Assembly: GCA_963812475.1 (NCBI GenBank)
Contig: CAWEVI010000007.1
Coordinates: 2,693-66,692 of the forward strand
DNA: 64,000 nt
Source: an uncultured Alphaproteobacteria bacterium
GTDB lineage: Bacteria; Pseudomonadota; Alphaproteobacteria; Acetobacterales; Acetobacteraceae
Direction of reading: 5' to 3'
The notes below the pieces were generated by a model. The model had not been told where the DNA came from and made no database searches. It saw only the letters and a program-made list of their open reading frames with translations. Position 1 is the stretch's first letter; each line of letters begins with the position of its first letter. Positions 54,841 to 63,758 of this stretch are shown here, piece after piece. Made by a program: the position numbers and the translations under genes.

Positions 54841-55587
54841 ATGGCAGACCGTTTCGCCGTCATCACCGGCTCGGGCAGTGGGATCGGCCGCGCAACGGCG
54901 CTTGCGCTGATGAAGGACGGCTGGTCCGTGGCGCTGGCCGGGCGGCGCAAGGAGATGCTGGAGGAGACCGCCGGTATGAAGACGGGTGGTCGAGCGTTCG
55001 TGGTGCAGACCGACGTGACCGATCCCGCGCAGGTGGACAACCTCTTTGCCCAGGTCAAATCGAACTTCGGCCGCATCGACATGCTGTTCAACAACGCCGG
55101 CGGCGGCACGCCGACCACCAATTTCGGCGACTTCACCTACGAGATGTGGCGACGGGTGGTATCGGTGAACCTCGATGCGATGTTCCTGTGCGCCAATGCG
55201 GCATTCCGCATGATGCGCGACCAGTCGCCGCAGGGTGGGAGAATCATCAATAACGGCTCGATTTCGGCGCATGTGCCACGGGTGGGGTCGGTTGCCTACA
55301 CCGCCTCCAAGCATGGGGTGACCGGGTTGACCAGGTCGATCTCGCTCGATGGCCGCCAGTTTGACATTTGCGCGGGCCAGATCGACATCGGCAACGCGGC
55401 GACGCCGCTGACGGCACGCTCGACCGCGGGGCAGATGCAGCCGCATGGGCAGATGATGCAGGAGGCACGCATGGACGTGAACCATGTCGCCCAGCAGGTG
55501 CTTTTCATGTCCAACCTGCCGCTGGAGTCGAACGTTCAGTTCGTCACCATCATGGCGACAAAGATGCCGTTCATCGGACGGGGCTGA
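54841..55587 (+). CDS. Short-chain dehydrogenase/reductase (SDR)
   Basis: MADRFAVITGSGSGIGRA carries the TGxxxGxG motif. Also present are NNAG and YTASKHG (YxxxK). Confidence 0.85.
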   Translation: MADRFAVITGSGSGIGRATALALMKDGWSVALAGRRKEMLEETAGMKTGGRAFVVQTDVTDPAQVDNLFAQVKSNFGRIDMLFNNAGGGTPTTNFGDFTYEMWRRVVSVNLDAMFLCANAAFRMMRDQSPQGGRIINNGSISAHVPRVGSVAYTASKHGVTGLTRSISLDGRQFDICAGQIDIGNAATPLTARSTAGQMQPHGQMMQEARMDVNHVAQQVLFMSNLPLESNVQFVTIMATKMPFIGRG

Positions 55588-55597
55588 GATCGCTCGC

Positions 55598-55951
55598 TTG
55601 CGCCCGCTTGCACTGCCTCTTTTGTTGCTTCCGGCGGCGGTGGCGGCGGCGAGCCAGTTTGACGGCAGATACGTCGGACAAAGCACTCTGACCCGTGGAG
55701 CACCGCCAACGTGCGGCCCACCGGGAAACACGACCTGGACCGTGAGGGACGGCCACGTGAGCCATAAATACGGCGTCGCGTCGATCACGGCGGATGTTGG
55801 TGCTGACGGTTCGTTCTCGGCGAGCGCGAAGTATATGCACGGCAGGAGGGCAGACTTCGCAACGATGAAAGGCCAAATATCGGGAACCACACTGGAGGCC
55901 GATGTTGCGGGCTACGCCTGCACGTATCATTACTCGGCCGTGAGGAAATGA
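55598..55951 (+). CDS. Small secreted hypothetical protein
   Basis: Proposed TTG start 55598 gives the signal peptide RPLALPLLLLPAAVAAA, then a ~95-aa mature part with two Cys. No ATG is available in this frame. Confidence 0.4.
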   Translation: MRPLALPLLLLPAAVAAASQFDGRYVGQSTLTRGAPPTCGPPGNTTWTVRDGHVSHKYGVASITADVGADGSFSASAKYMHGRRADFATMKGQISGTTLEADVAGYACTYHYSAVRK

Positions 55952-55996
55952 TGGCAGATACCAAGCGAGGAATGCCGGGCCGGTTCCGCGGATCAA

Positions 55997-56935
55997 TTAC
56001 CTTTTGATTTCATGCCGGAGGCAGGAGCGGTTGTGCGGTCTCTCGGAATCGTGAGCCTTCGGACGGCACGGTAGACGCATGAGCGGCTGACCGACCCGGA
56101 TCCTGGCACCCTCGCGCACACCTTCGGACAAGGCGAATCCGTCCGGCGTAAAAACGATAATCGTCGATCCGTGTTGGAACCAGCCCATCTCGTCGCCTTT
56201 GCGCAAAGGCACGTCCAAGGGCACGGTTCGTGTGCCGCCGCGGCGGATGTCGAAACCCGCAGCCAAAAAGCTGAGACGGATGCCTGCGACCAATATGGCC
56301 GCGACGGGTACCAGTGTGATGGTATGGCCGGCTTGGGAAAGCCTTAAGCGGATTGGGGCCCGCTCGTTCCTGCAGAACAGCCGTTCGACTCGCTTGAGAG
56401 CGATGGGATTGACGTTCCAGGTATCGCCCGAGATATAGGCGACCGATTCCACACGGCAGTCATGCGGTGCATGGAAGTGGTGATACATTGCCGATGTAAG
56501 CCGAAGTGTCACATAGCGCCCGTTCCGGTACAGGGCGGCGTGGTCGTCGTCACCGAGCAGGTCCTGGATTTGATAGGGAAAGCCCTTGATCTGCAGAACC
56601 TGATCGCCCTGCACCGCTCCCGATGCCCCGACAATCGCATCGCACGGACTGATCAGAAGCTCCGGATCCCCATCGATCGGGCGCGCTCCCTCCTCAAGCC
56701 GACGGACGAAGCAGTCATGCAGGCTGCGAAAGCGAGTTTCGCGCGCGTCGCTCAAATCCAAGTCGGAGAAAAGGCGCCAGACACCGATCGACAGATCGCG
56801 GATAAGCGGATGCTCGAGTTGGCTGAACCAGCCGAAGAAGCGGGTTGCCAATCGCCTTGGAATGCGATTGGTCAGCAGGAAATTGATGTCGTCCTGCCGG
56901 GCGAATTTAGCAATCGCCGACCGTAGCTTTTTCAT
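55997..56935 (-). CDS. Phosphatidylserine decarboxylase family protein (long, pyruvoyl-type)
   Basis: Start at MKKLRSAI (ATG 56935), 312 aa. Motifs are YHHFHAP and the self-cleavage site context WFQHGSTIIVF (G-S-T). Confidence 0.75.
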   Translation of the reverse strand: MKKLRSAIAKFARQDDINFLLTNRIPRRLATRFFGWFSQLEHPLIRDLSIGVWRLFSDLDLSDARETRFRSLHDCFVRRLEEGARPIDGDPELLISPCDAIVGASGAVQGDQVLQIKGFPYQIQDLLGDDDHAALYRNGRYVTLRLTSAMYHHFHAPHDCRVESVAYISGDTWNVNPIALKRVERLFCRNERAPIRLRLSQAGHTITLVPVAAILVAGIRLSFLAAGFDIRRGGTRTVPLDVPLRKGDEMGWFQHGSTIIVFTPDGFALSEGVREGARIRVGQPLMRLPCRPKAHDSERPHNRSCLRHEIKR

Positions 56936-56973
56936 GCTATCGACCTGTTGCCAAAGCAGGGTATGCAACAGCC

Positions 56974-58659
56974 ATGGAACTGACCGGGCTTGCAGCCTAT
57001 GTCGCCGGCGCGGCGGCATCCACCTTGCTGTTCGTCCGTGTGAAGCGACGGATTGACTTGTCGCGGGCAAAGCATCGGTCGCTGACCGGACATTCCCGGC
57101 TGGCGCGGCGGATTGCGTCGCTGATTCCATTTTACGAATACGACAACGGTCGGTTCTTCCGGTCCGACGATCCTCCGGAGGAGGTCGCTGCGCAACGGCG
57201 CGATGGCTTTCTGCGCCTCGCGGCCCTTTACAAGGCCAGATTCGCACGGTCCAGCACGCTGACAGCCACGGTCCAAACGGGACTTTCCGACCTCCAGTTC
57301 ATCACGGCCTATCGCGTTCCCTTTCAGTACAGCCGCATCGTTCGTCAACATCTCGCCGCCGGCTCCATTCTTAAAGCCTCATCCGGCGTCACTGTCACCG
57401 ATCTCGACGGCAATGTCCTGTATGATCTGGCCGGTTCGTATGGTGTAAATCTTCTTGGATATGACTTCTACAAGGAGTGCATCGCCCGCGGCACGGAACG
57501 CGTCCACGACCTCGGGCCCGTCATTGGTTCGTACCATCCCGTCGTCGCCTACAATGTCGAGCGTCTGCGACAGATTTCCGGACTCGACGAAGTTTCCTTC
57601 CATATGTCCGGCACCGAGGCGGTAATGCAGGCTGTCCGACTCGCGCGCTACCACACACGCCGCTCGCATCTGGTGCGTTTCTGCGGCGCCTATCACGGTT
57701 GGTGGAGCGACGTTCAGCCCGGCATCGGCAACCCTTCCTCCGTACCCGAGACCTACACGCTGGCAGAGATGTCCGAGCAAACGCTTCATGTGCTTCGCAC
57801 CCGTCGGAATATCGCGTGCGTCCTGGTCAATCCGTATCAGGCGCTCCATCCGAATGCAGGTCCTCCGGCCGATTCGTCGCTGGTCGACAGCAGCAGGACG
57901 GCACAGTTCGACCGGCAGGCCTACACGCTTTGGCTGCAACAGCTTCGCACCGTGTGTACCGAGCGCCGAATTGCCTTGATCTTTGACGAGATCTTTGTCG
58001 GGTTCCGCCTGGCCCCCGGCGGCGCGCAGGAGTATTTCGGCGTCAATCCGGACCTCGTCACCTACGGAAAGACGCTCGGAGGGGGGCTTCCTGTCGGCGT
58101 GCTGTGCGGACGCCACGACTGGATGAAGCGCTACCGCGATGACCGTCCGGTCGATGTCTGCCTGGCGCGTGGCACGTTCAATGCACATCCCTATGTCATG
58201 GGCGCGATGAACGAGTTCCTCCATCGCCTCGAGACTCCACAGATGATGCGGCTCTATGAGGGCCTGGACGATCTTTGGAACAAGCGGGCCGAACGGCTCA
58301 ACCGACTGCTGGGTGAACAGGATCTTCCAATTCGGGTAGCCAATCTCTCCTCCATCTGGACGGTGTGTTATACGCGTCCGTCCCGCTACAATTGGATGCT
58401 GCAGTATTACCTGCGTGCCGAGGGCCTCGCGCTCAGCTGGGTGGGCACCGGACGCCTCATTTTCAGCCTGAATTACAGCGATGCGGATTTCGACGCGGTG
58501 ACGGACCGCTTTCTGGCAGCGGCCAGGGCCATGGAGCAGGACGGCTGGTGGTGGACAAATGTCACCACCACGAACAAGTCGATCAGGCGCCAGATCCTGC
58601 GCGAGGTGTTGGCCGACTACAGGTCGCGCATTGGCGGTCGGTTACGCGCGACGGGATGA
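56974..58659 (+). CDS. Membrane-anchored class-III aminotransferase fold protein (glutamate-1-semialdehyde aminomutase-like)
   Basis: 561 aa with an N-terminal TM helix (LAAYVAGAAASTLLFV). Motifs are FHMSGTEAVMQAVRLAR and FDEIFVGFR, with the PLP-lysine context TYGKTLGGGLPVG. Confidence 0.7.
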   Translation: MELTGLAAYVAGAAASTLLFVRVKRRIDLSRAKHRSLTGHSRLARRIASLIPFYEYDNGRFFRSDDPPEEVAAQRRDGFLRLAALYKARFARSSTLTATVQTGLSDLQFITAYRVPFQYSRIVRQHLAAGSILKASSGVTVTDLDGNVLYDLAGSYGVNLLGYDFYKECIARGTERVHDLGPVIGSYHPVVAYNVERLRQISGLDEVSFHMSGTEAVMQAVRLARYHTRRSHLVRFCGAYHGWWSDVQPGIGNPSSVPETYTLAEMSEQTLHVLRTRRNIACVLVNPYQALHPNAGPPADSSLVDSSRTAQFDRQAYTLWLQQLRTVCTERRIALIFDEIFVGFRLAPGGAQEYFGVNPDLVTYGKTLGGGLPVGVLCGRHDWMKRYRDDRPVDVCLARGTFNAHPYVMGAMNEFLHRLETPQMMRLYEGLDDLWNKRAERLNRLLGEQDLPIRVANLSSIWTVCYTRPSRYNWMLQYYLRAEGLALSWVGTGRLIFSLNYSDADFDAVTDRFLAAARAMEQDGWWWTNVTTTNKSIRRQILREVLADYRSRIGGRLRATG

Positions 58660-58684
58660 CCGCCAAGCCTGCCGATTGGCCCGA

Positions 58685-59290
58685 TCACGCCTCCTCGGTC
58701 GCAAAATCGAACAGCTCGCCGCGCAGGAGGTAGCCAGGCGCGCGATAGTATAGCTTCATGTCGTGGAACGGATCGGTGAGGATCTTGGCCGCCCAGACCA
58801 GCCCGGTCTGCACATCCTTGATCCTGAAGAGATGAACTGTCCGAAACAGCAATCCGAAGACGCCGATTGCGAGCCACAGATAGCCGACATGTCGCACGAA
58901 TTCGCTCCATGATTTGTGCGGCTGAACCGTGTGCAGCAGCGTGGGGTCCACGAACAGGACCAGCGGTGACAACGCCCAGATCGTCATGAGAACGATCTTG
59001 CGCCGCAGATTGTAGCCGACCTTGACGGCCTCCTTGTACTCGTGGGTCGCCTGATTGACGGTGTCATAGCACCGGGGCTCAAAAAAGAAGTGCCCGGCCT
59101 GCCTGCTCGTCATCGACACCAGCCATCCTGTCAGGGCCGCCACGGCCGGATCCTTGAACACCAGCACATAGGAAAGAACGAAACTCATTGCGCTGAGCAG
59201 GTGGAGTGACTGGTTTATGCGGCTGTGATGATAATAGCGATGATCATCCCACCGCTGAACTCTCAGTACTTCGCGAAAGCTGCTCATCAC
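58685..59290 (-). CDS. Mpo1-like / DUF962 family membrane protein
   Basis: 201 aa. HHSRINQSLHLLS (H-x3-N-x2-LH) and QAGHFFFE (GH-x3-E) match the DUF962 metal-site motifs as I recall them. Confidence 0.55.
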   Translation of the reverse strand: MMSSFREVLRVQRWDDHRYYHHSRINQSLHLLSAMSFVLSYVLVFKDPAVAALTGWLVSMTSRQAGHFFFEPRCYDTVNQATHEYKEAVKVGYNLRRKIVLMTIWALSPLVLFVDPTLLHTVQPHKSWSEFVRHVGYLWLAIGVFGLLFRTVHLFRIKDVQTGLVWAAKILTDPFHDMKLYYRAPGYLLRGELFDFATEEA

Positions 59291-59402
59291 AATCCTCTCT
59301 TAGCTGGCAGGGTGAAACCGTCGGGCACGATTGGTGCGGCATGGAGTGGAGCGCTTCTGGCACTGGATGCGGGCTCATGCAGCGGCGGTCCTGCTGCGCT
59401 GC

Positions 59403-60125
59403 TTATCCTGCCGCCAACGCGCCCACGGATCCGACGTTGCGATCGGGAGCATTTACCGTCCATGCATTGCTCACCCTCCTGTCATCCGGCAACTTGGTAA
59501 ACCGGATCAACGAAAAATGACCGAACGGCGGTATGGGACTTCGCTCGACGAGGTGAACTGCCGGCAGACCTGCCGCCCAGCGAAGATAGCGTCCCCACGG
59601 AAACTCGGTTCGCCAACCCAGTCGCCTGGTCAACGGCATCAGGGACCTCTCCAGTGCGCCGCGCAGTCCTGCTTCGGCGCTTATGCGACTGGTGATCACA
59701 ATCTCGCCGCCCGGACGCACCACGCGAGCGAACTCATCGAGCGCCTTTTCCGGCTGCGGCACCGCGGTTACCACGTATTGCGCCACGACAACGTCAAAGG
59801 ACTCATCCGGGAAAGTCAGGTTCTCCGCATCCATGACAGCAAGGCCCTCGACGTGGTCGAGGCGCAGTCTTGCTACGCGATCCCGCGCCTTGCGCAGCAT
59901 CGGGGCCGAGATATCGACGCCGTATATGGAGTTGCCTCGCGTGTACCCGGGAAGCGACAGGCCGGTGCCGACGCCAACTTCAAGGATGCGACCCCCGATG
60001 CTTTCCGCTGCATCGATCGCCGCGCGGCGGCCGGCGCAGAATACTCGTCCGAATATTAGATCATAAACCGGCGCCCACCGGCCATACGCCTGGACAACCA
60101 TGTCTGTTTCGATTTCTGACGTCAT
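59403..60125 (-). CDS. Class I SAM-dependent methyltransferase resembling Rhodobacter-type phospholipid N-methyltransferase (PmtA)
   Basis: Start at MTSEIETD (ATG 60125). Motifs are YGRWAPVYDLIFG, ILEVGVGTGLSL and VRPGGEIVI. Confidence 0.6.
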   Translation of the reverse strand: MTSEIETDMVVQAYGRWAPVYDLIFGRVFCAGRRAAIDAAESIGGRILEVGVGTGLSLPGYTRGNSIYGVDISAPMLRKARDRVARLRLDHVEGLAVMDAENLTFPDESFDVVVAQYVVTAVPQPEKALDEFARVVRPGGEIVITSRISAEAGLRGALERSLMPLTRRLGWRTEFPWGRYLRWAAGLPAVHLVERSPIPPFGHFSLIRFTKLPDDRRVSNAWTVNAPDRNVGSVGALAAG

Positions 60126-60319
60126 CGCCTGTCCGGATGCCGTGCGCACGCACGCGCCAAATCGGCACGCTGTCATTATGTCGCACCGATCAGGGTTGCA
60201 CGACACGTGATGGTTTGATGAATTTGCGCATGCGCGTTGATCGTTCCGGCCCCGGTCGACGAGGACCGCGAGTTGCCTAACGCCGCCAACAGGCTAGTTT
60301 GACCACCTCCACATAGCAG

Positions 60320-61303
60320 GTGTTCGCATGGATTATACCACGCTCGGCAGGACCGGGCTTCCTCGTCAGCGTTGCCGGCCTCGGCTGCGGCGGGTTCAGC
60401 CGGCTGGGGTTGAACACCGGCGGCACCGAGGCCAGCGCCATCGCGATCATTCACGCGGCGCTCGATCTCGGGGTGAACCTGCTCGACACGGCGGCGCCGT
60501 ATGCGACCGAGGGCGTGGTCGGCAAGGCGCTGAAGGGCGTGCCGCGCGACAAGGTGGTGATCGCCACAAAGTCATCGGTGTTGCGCGGTGGCGAGCGCTA
60601 CACGCCGGAGCGTGTGGTGGCCAGCCTGGACAACTCGCTGCGCGAGCTTGGCGTCGATTGCATCGACGTGTTCCAGCTGCATGCGGTGCCGCCGTCTGGC
60701 TACGACTACGTGCGCGAGACGATCGCCCCCGCCCTGCTGCGCGAGAAGGAGCGCGGCAAATTCCGCTTTCTCGGCATCACCGAGACATCACCGAACGACC
60801 TTGAGCACGAAATGCTGCAGCGTGCGGTGGCCGACGGCGTGTGGGACGTGGTGATGGTCGCGTTCCATCTCATGAGCCAGAACACACGGGAGAAAGTGTT
60901 CCCGGCGACACTGAAACACCGTGTCGGCACGTTGCTGATGTTCGCGGTGCGCAGCATCTTCGCCAGCACCGAGCGCGTCGCGGCGGCGATGAAGGAGCTG
61001 GCAGCCGCCGGTCAGGTGCCGCAGTGGCTCGCCGACACGCCCGACCCGCTCGGCTTCCTGATCCATCCCGGCGGCGCAAGCAGCCTGACCGACGCGGCCT
61101 ACCGCTACGTGCGCCATGAGCCGGGCGTCGATGTGGTGCTGTTCGGCACCGGCGATCAGGCGCATCTTCGCTCAAACATAGCATCGATCCTGAAGCCGCC
61201 GCTGCCGGAAGCAGACCGTAGCAGGCTCAAGGAGCTGTTCAGTCATCTCAGGGGCGTCGGCCTCGTCTTGCCACCGCGTGCCCGCGCTGCCGCCGCAAAC
61301 TAA
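60320..61303 (+). CDS. Aldo/keto reductase with a frame problem at the N-terminus
   Basis: The main frame has LVSVAGLGCGGFSRLG, LLDTAAPY and IDVFQLH. The canonical N-terminus MDYTTLGRTGL is encoded from ATG 60328 in a different frame. The only in-frame start is GTG 60320. Confidence 0.7.
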   Translation: MFAWIIPRSAGPGFLVSVAGLGCGGFSRLGLNTGGTEASAIAIIHAALDLGVNLLDTAAPYATEGVVGKALKGVPRDKVVIATKSSVLRGGERYTPERVVASLDNSLRELGVDCIDVFQLHAVPPSGYDYVRETIAPALLREKERGKFRFLGITETSPNDLEHEMLQRAVADGVWDVVMVAFHLMSQNTREKVFPATLKHRVGTLLMFAVRSIFASTERVAAAMKELAAAGQVPQWLADTPDPLGFLIHPGGASSLTDAAYRYVRHEPGVDVVLFGTGDQAHLRSNIASILKPPLPEADRSRLKELFSHLRGVGLVLPPRARAAAAN

Positions 61304-61315
61304 CGGAGCCGCATC

Positions 61316-62494
61316 ATGAAACTCGCGAAGATCGAAGACCTGCACTGCGACGCAGGCTGGCGCACCTTTTCGTTCCTCAAACTCACCACCGATGACGGGC
61401 TGGTCGGCTGGTCGGAATACACCGAGGCCGACGGCAGTCGCGGCCTGACCGGCGTGATCTACGGCCTGGCCGACCCGCTGATCGGGCAGGATCCGCGTCC
61501 GGTGCAGCAGATCGCCTCCACGCTCTGGGTGCGGCAGGTGCAGGCGCCGGGCGGCATCAATTCACGCGCCATCGCGGCAATCGAGAACGCGCTGCTGGAC
61601 ATCAAGGGCAAAGCCCTCGGCGTGCCGGTGTACGAACTGTTCGGCGGCCCGGTGCGCGAGCGCATCCCGGTCTATTGGTCGCATTGCGGCTCCTACCGCG
61701 TGCGCAACCACGAGCTTGTCGGCGTGCCGCCGCTGCGCAACTACGACGATATCGCCGCACTCGGCGCCGAGGTGAAGCGGCGCGGCTTCAAGGCGCTGAA
61801 GACCAATATTCTTCCCTTTGACGGCGAGAAACTGACCAATTTCGGCCCCGGTTTCGGCCGCTCGCCGGGCTATCCGGAGCTGAACGTCGATCGCAAGACG
61901 CTGCAATCGGTGCGCGATCTGCTCGGTGCATTCCGCGCCGGCACCGGTCCCGACATGGGGCTGCATCTCGACGTGAACTACCATTTCAAGACCGAGGGCT
62001 ACCTGCAGATCGCCAAGGCGGTCGCGCCGTTCGACATGACCTGGCTGGAGATCGACACGTGGGATCCGCAATCGCTCGCGCTGATCCGCCGCGCCGCGCC
62101 ATGTCCGATCGCATCGCTGGAGTCGGTGTGCGGGCGGCGTGCGTTCCGACCGTTCTTCGACGCCTACGCCACCGACGTCGCGATCATCGACGTGATCTGG
62201 AACGGTTTCCTGGAGTCGATCAAGATAGCCTCGATGGCCGAGGCGTACGAAGTAAACTGCGCTCCGCACAACTACTACGGCCATCTGTGCTCGGCGATCA
62301 GCGCGCATTTCTGTGCGGTGGTGCCGAATTTCCGGGTCATGGAAATCGACATCGACAGCGTCGCCTGGCGCGACGAGTTATTCATCAATGCGCCGGCGAT
62401 CGAGAACGGCGAGCTGATCATCCCAAAGGGTCCCGGCTGGGGCGTCGAAGTGAACGAAACCGCCGTGCGCGCGCATCCCCCTCGGATGCGGTAG
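61316..62494 (+). CDS. Enolase-superfamily enzyme (mandelate racemase / sugar-acid dehydratase-like)
   Basis: 392 aa with AIAAIENALLDIKGKALGVPVYELFGG, LHLDVNY, WLEID and CAPHN. Confidence 0.8.
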   Translation: MKLAKIEDLHCDAGWRTFSFLKLTTDDGLVGWSEYTEADGSRGLTGVIYGLADPLIGQDPRPVQQIASTLWVRQVQAPGGINSRAIAAIENALLDIKGKALGVPVYELFGGPVRERIPVYWSHCGSYRVRNHELVGVPPLRNYDDIAALGAEVKRRGFKALKTNILPFDGEKLTNFGPGFGRSPGYPELNVDRKTLQSVRDLLGAFRAGTGPDMGLHLDVNYHFKTEGYLQIAKAVAPFDMTWLEIDTWDPQSLALIRRAAPCPIASLESVCGRRAFRPFFDAYATDVAIIDVIWNGFLESIKIASMAEAYEVNCAPHNYYGHLCSAISAHFCAVVPNFRVMEIDIDSVAWRDELFINAPAIENGELIIPKGPGWGVEVNETAVRAHPPRMR

Positions 62495-62539
62495 TGCTCG
62501 GGTGGTTTGCGGGAGAAGCGCGGGACGCAGCGCCTTTTT

Positions 62540-62566
62540 CCCTCTCCGCCCTTGGGGCGGAGAGGG
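62540..62566. repeat. REP-like GC-rich hairpin
   Basis: CCCTCTCCGCC, loop CTTGG, GGCGGAGAGGG form a perfect 11-bp stem, followed by TCAGGGTGAGGTGGGGG. Confidence 0.6.
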
Positions 62567-62662
62567 TCAGGGTGAGGTGGGGGACCATCGCGGCTTCCCC
62601 CACCTCCCCAGCCCCTCCGCCCCCAAGGGCGCAGGGGACAGCGACCCAAGGAAGGCACACTG

Positions 62663-63649
62663 ATGAGCACACGGTTCGATATCCTGGGCATCGGCAACGC
62701 AATCGTCGATGTGGTGGCGCGCGCCGACGATGCGTTCCTGTCGCGCCACGACATGCGCAAGGGGCTGATGACGCTGATCGACGCGGAGCGAGCAGAGGCG
62801 ATCTACGCCGCGATGCCGCCAGGCCAGGAGAGCAGCGGCGGTTCTGCCGCCAACACCTGCGCGGTGGCGGCGGCGCTGGGCGCGCGCGTGGCGTATCTCG
62901 GCAAGGTGGCGGACGACCAACTGGGCACCGTCTTCCGTCACGACATCGGCGCGATCGGCGTTCATTTCCCATCGGCGCCGCTGTCGGGCGGAGCGCCGAC
63001 CGCGCGCTGTCTGATCCTGGTCACGCCCGAAGGCCAGCGCACGATGAACACGTTCCTCGGCGCCGCCGTGACATTCGGCGAGGCGGACGTGGACGAGGCG
63101 CTGGTGGCCGATGCGGCTGTGACCTACCTGGAGGGCTACCTGTTCGACCCGCCGGAAGCGCAGCGGGCATTCCGCCGAGCCGCCGCCGCCGCGCATGCCG
63201 CCGGTCGGCAGGTGGCGCTGTCGCTGTCCGACCCGTTCTGCGTGGATCGGCATCGCGCGGCGTTCCTCAAACTGGTGAAGGAGGATGTGGACATCCTGTT
63301 CGCCAACGAGGCCGAGGTGACCAGCCTGTACGAGGAGAACACCTACGAGGCGGCGGCGGAGGCATGCCGGCGCGACGTGGCTCTGGCTGCACTGACCCGT
63401 AGCGAAGCGGGCAGCGTGATCCTGCGCGGCGCGGAGACGGTGGAAATCGCCGCGGAACCGACGAACGTGGTGGACTCGACCGGGGCCGGGGACGCCTACG
63501 CCGCGGGGTTTCTGGCGGGGCTGACGGGCGGGAAATCGCTGCCGGTGTGCGGCAAGATCGCAAGCATCGCGGCGGCGGAGGTGATCAGTCACTACGGTGC
63601 GCGGCCACAGTCGGATTTGCGGAAGCTGGCGGCAGCTGCAGGTCGCTAG
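62663..63649 (+). CDS. PfkB-family adenosine kinase
   Basis: 328 aa with ILGIGNAIVDV, GGSAANT and DSTGAGDAYAAGFL. Confidence 0.8.
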   Translation: MSTRFDILGIGNAIVDVVARADDAFLSRHDMRKGLMTLIDAERAEAIYAAMPPGQESSGGSAANTCAVAAALGARVAYLGKVADDQLGTVFRHDIGAIGVHFPSAPLSGGAPTARCLILVTPEGQRTMNTFLGAAVTFGEADVDEALVADAAVTYLEGYLFDPPEAQRAFRRAAAAAHAAGRQVALSLSDPFCVDRHRAAFLKLVKEDVDILFANEAEVTSLYEENTYEAAAEACRRDVALAALTRSEAGSVILRGAETVEIAAEPTNVVDSTGAGDAYAAGFLAGLTGGKSLPVCGKIASIAAAEVISHYGARPQSDLRKLAAAAGR

Positions 63650-63758
63650 CAAAGGCCGGGCCAGTCCGGTGCTGCAGCCAACGAAATACTGACAAGGATG
63701 CATGGCTTCCCTACATTGGACGCAACTCTCCGGCGAGAGAGGTTCCAGGGAGGCGACC

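Noticed and set aside
54004-55890. 628-aa minus-strand ORF
   Set aside because: It overlaps three well-supported genes (a Gfo/Idh/MocA oxidoreductase, the SDR and the small secreted protein) off-frame or antisense, and has Arg-rich composition.
60328-60804. 158-aa ORF starting with the AKR N-terminus
   Set aside because: Only the first 11 codons are AKR-like. The remainder is Arg-rich off-frame sequence. I interpret it as the upstream half of a frameshifted gene, not a separate CDS.
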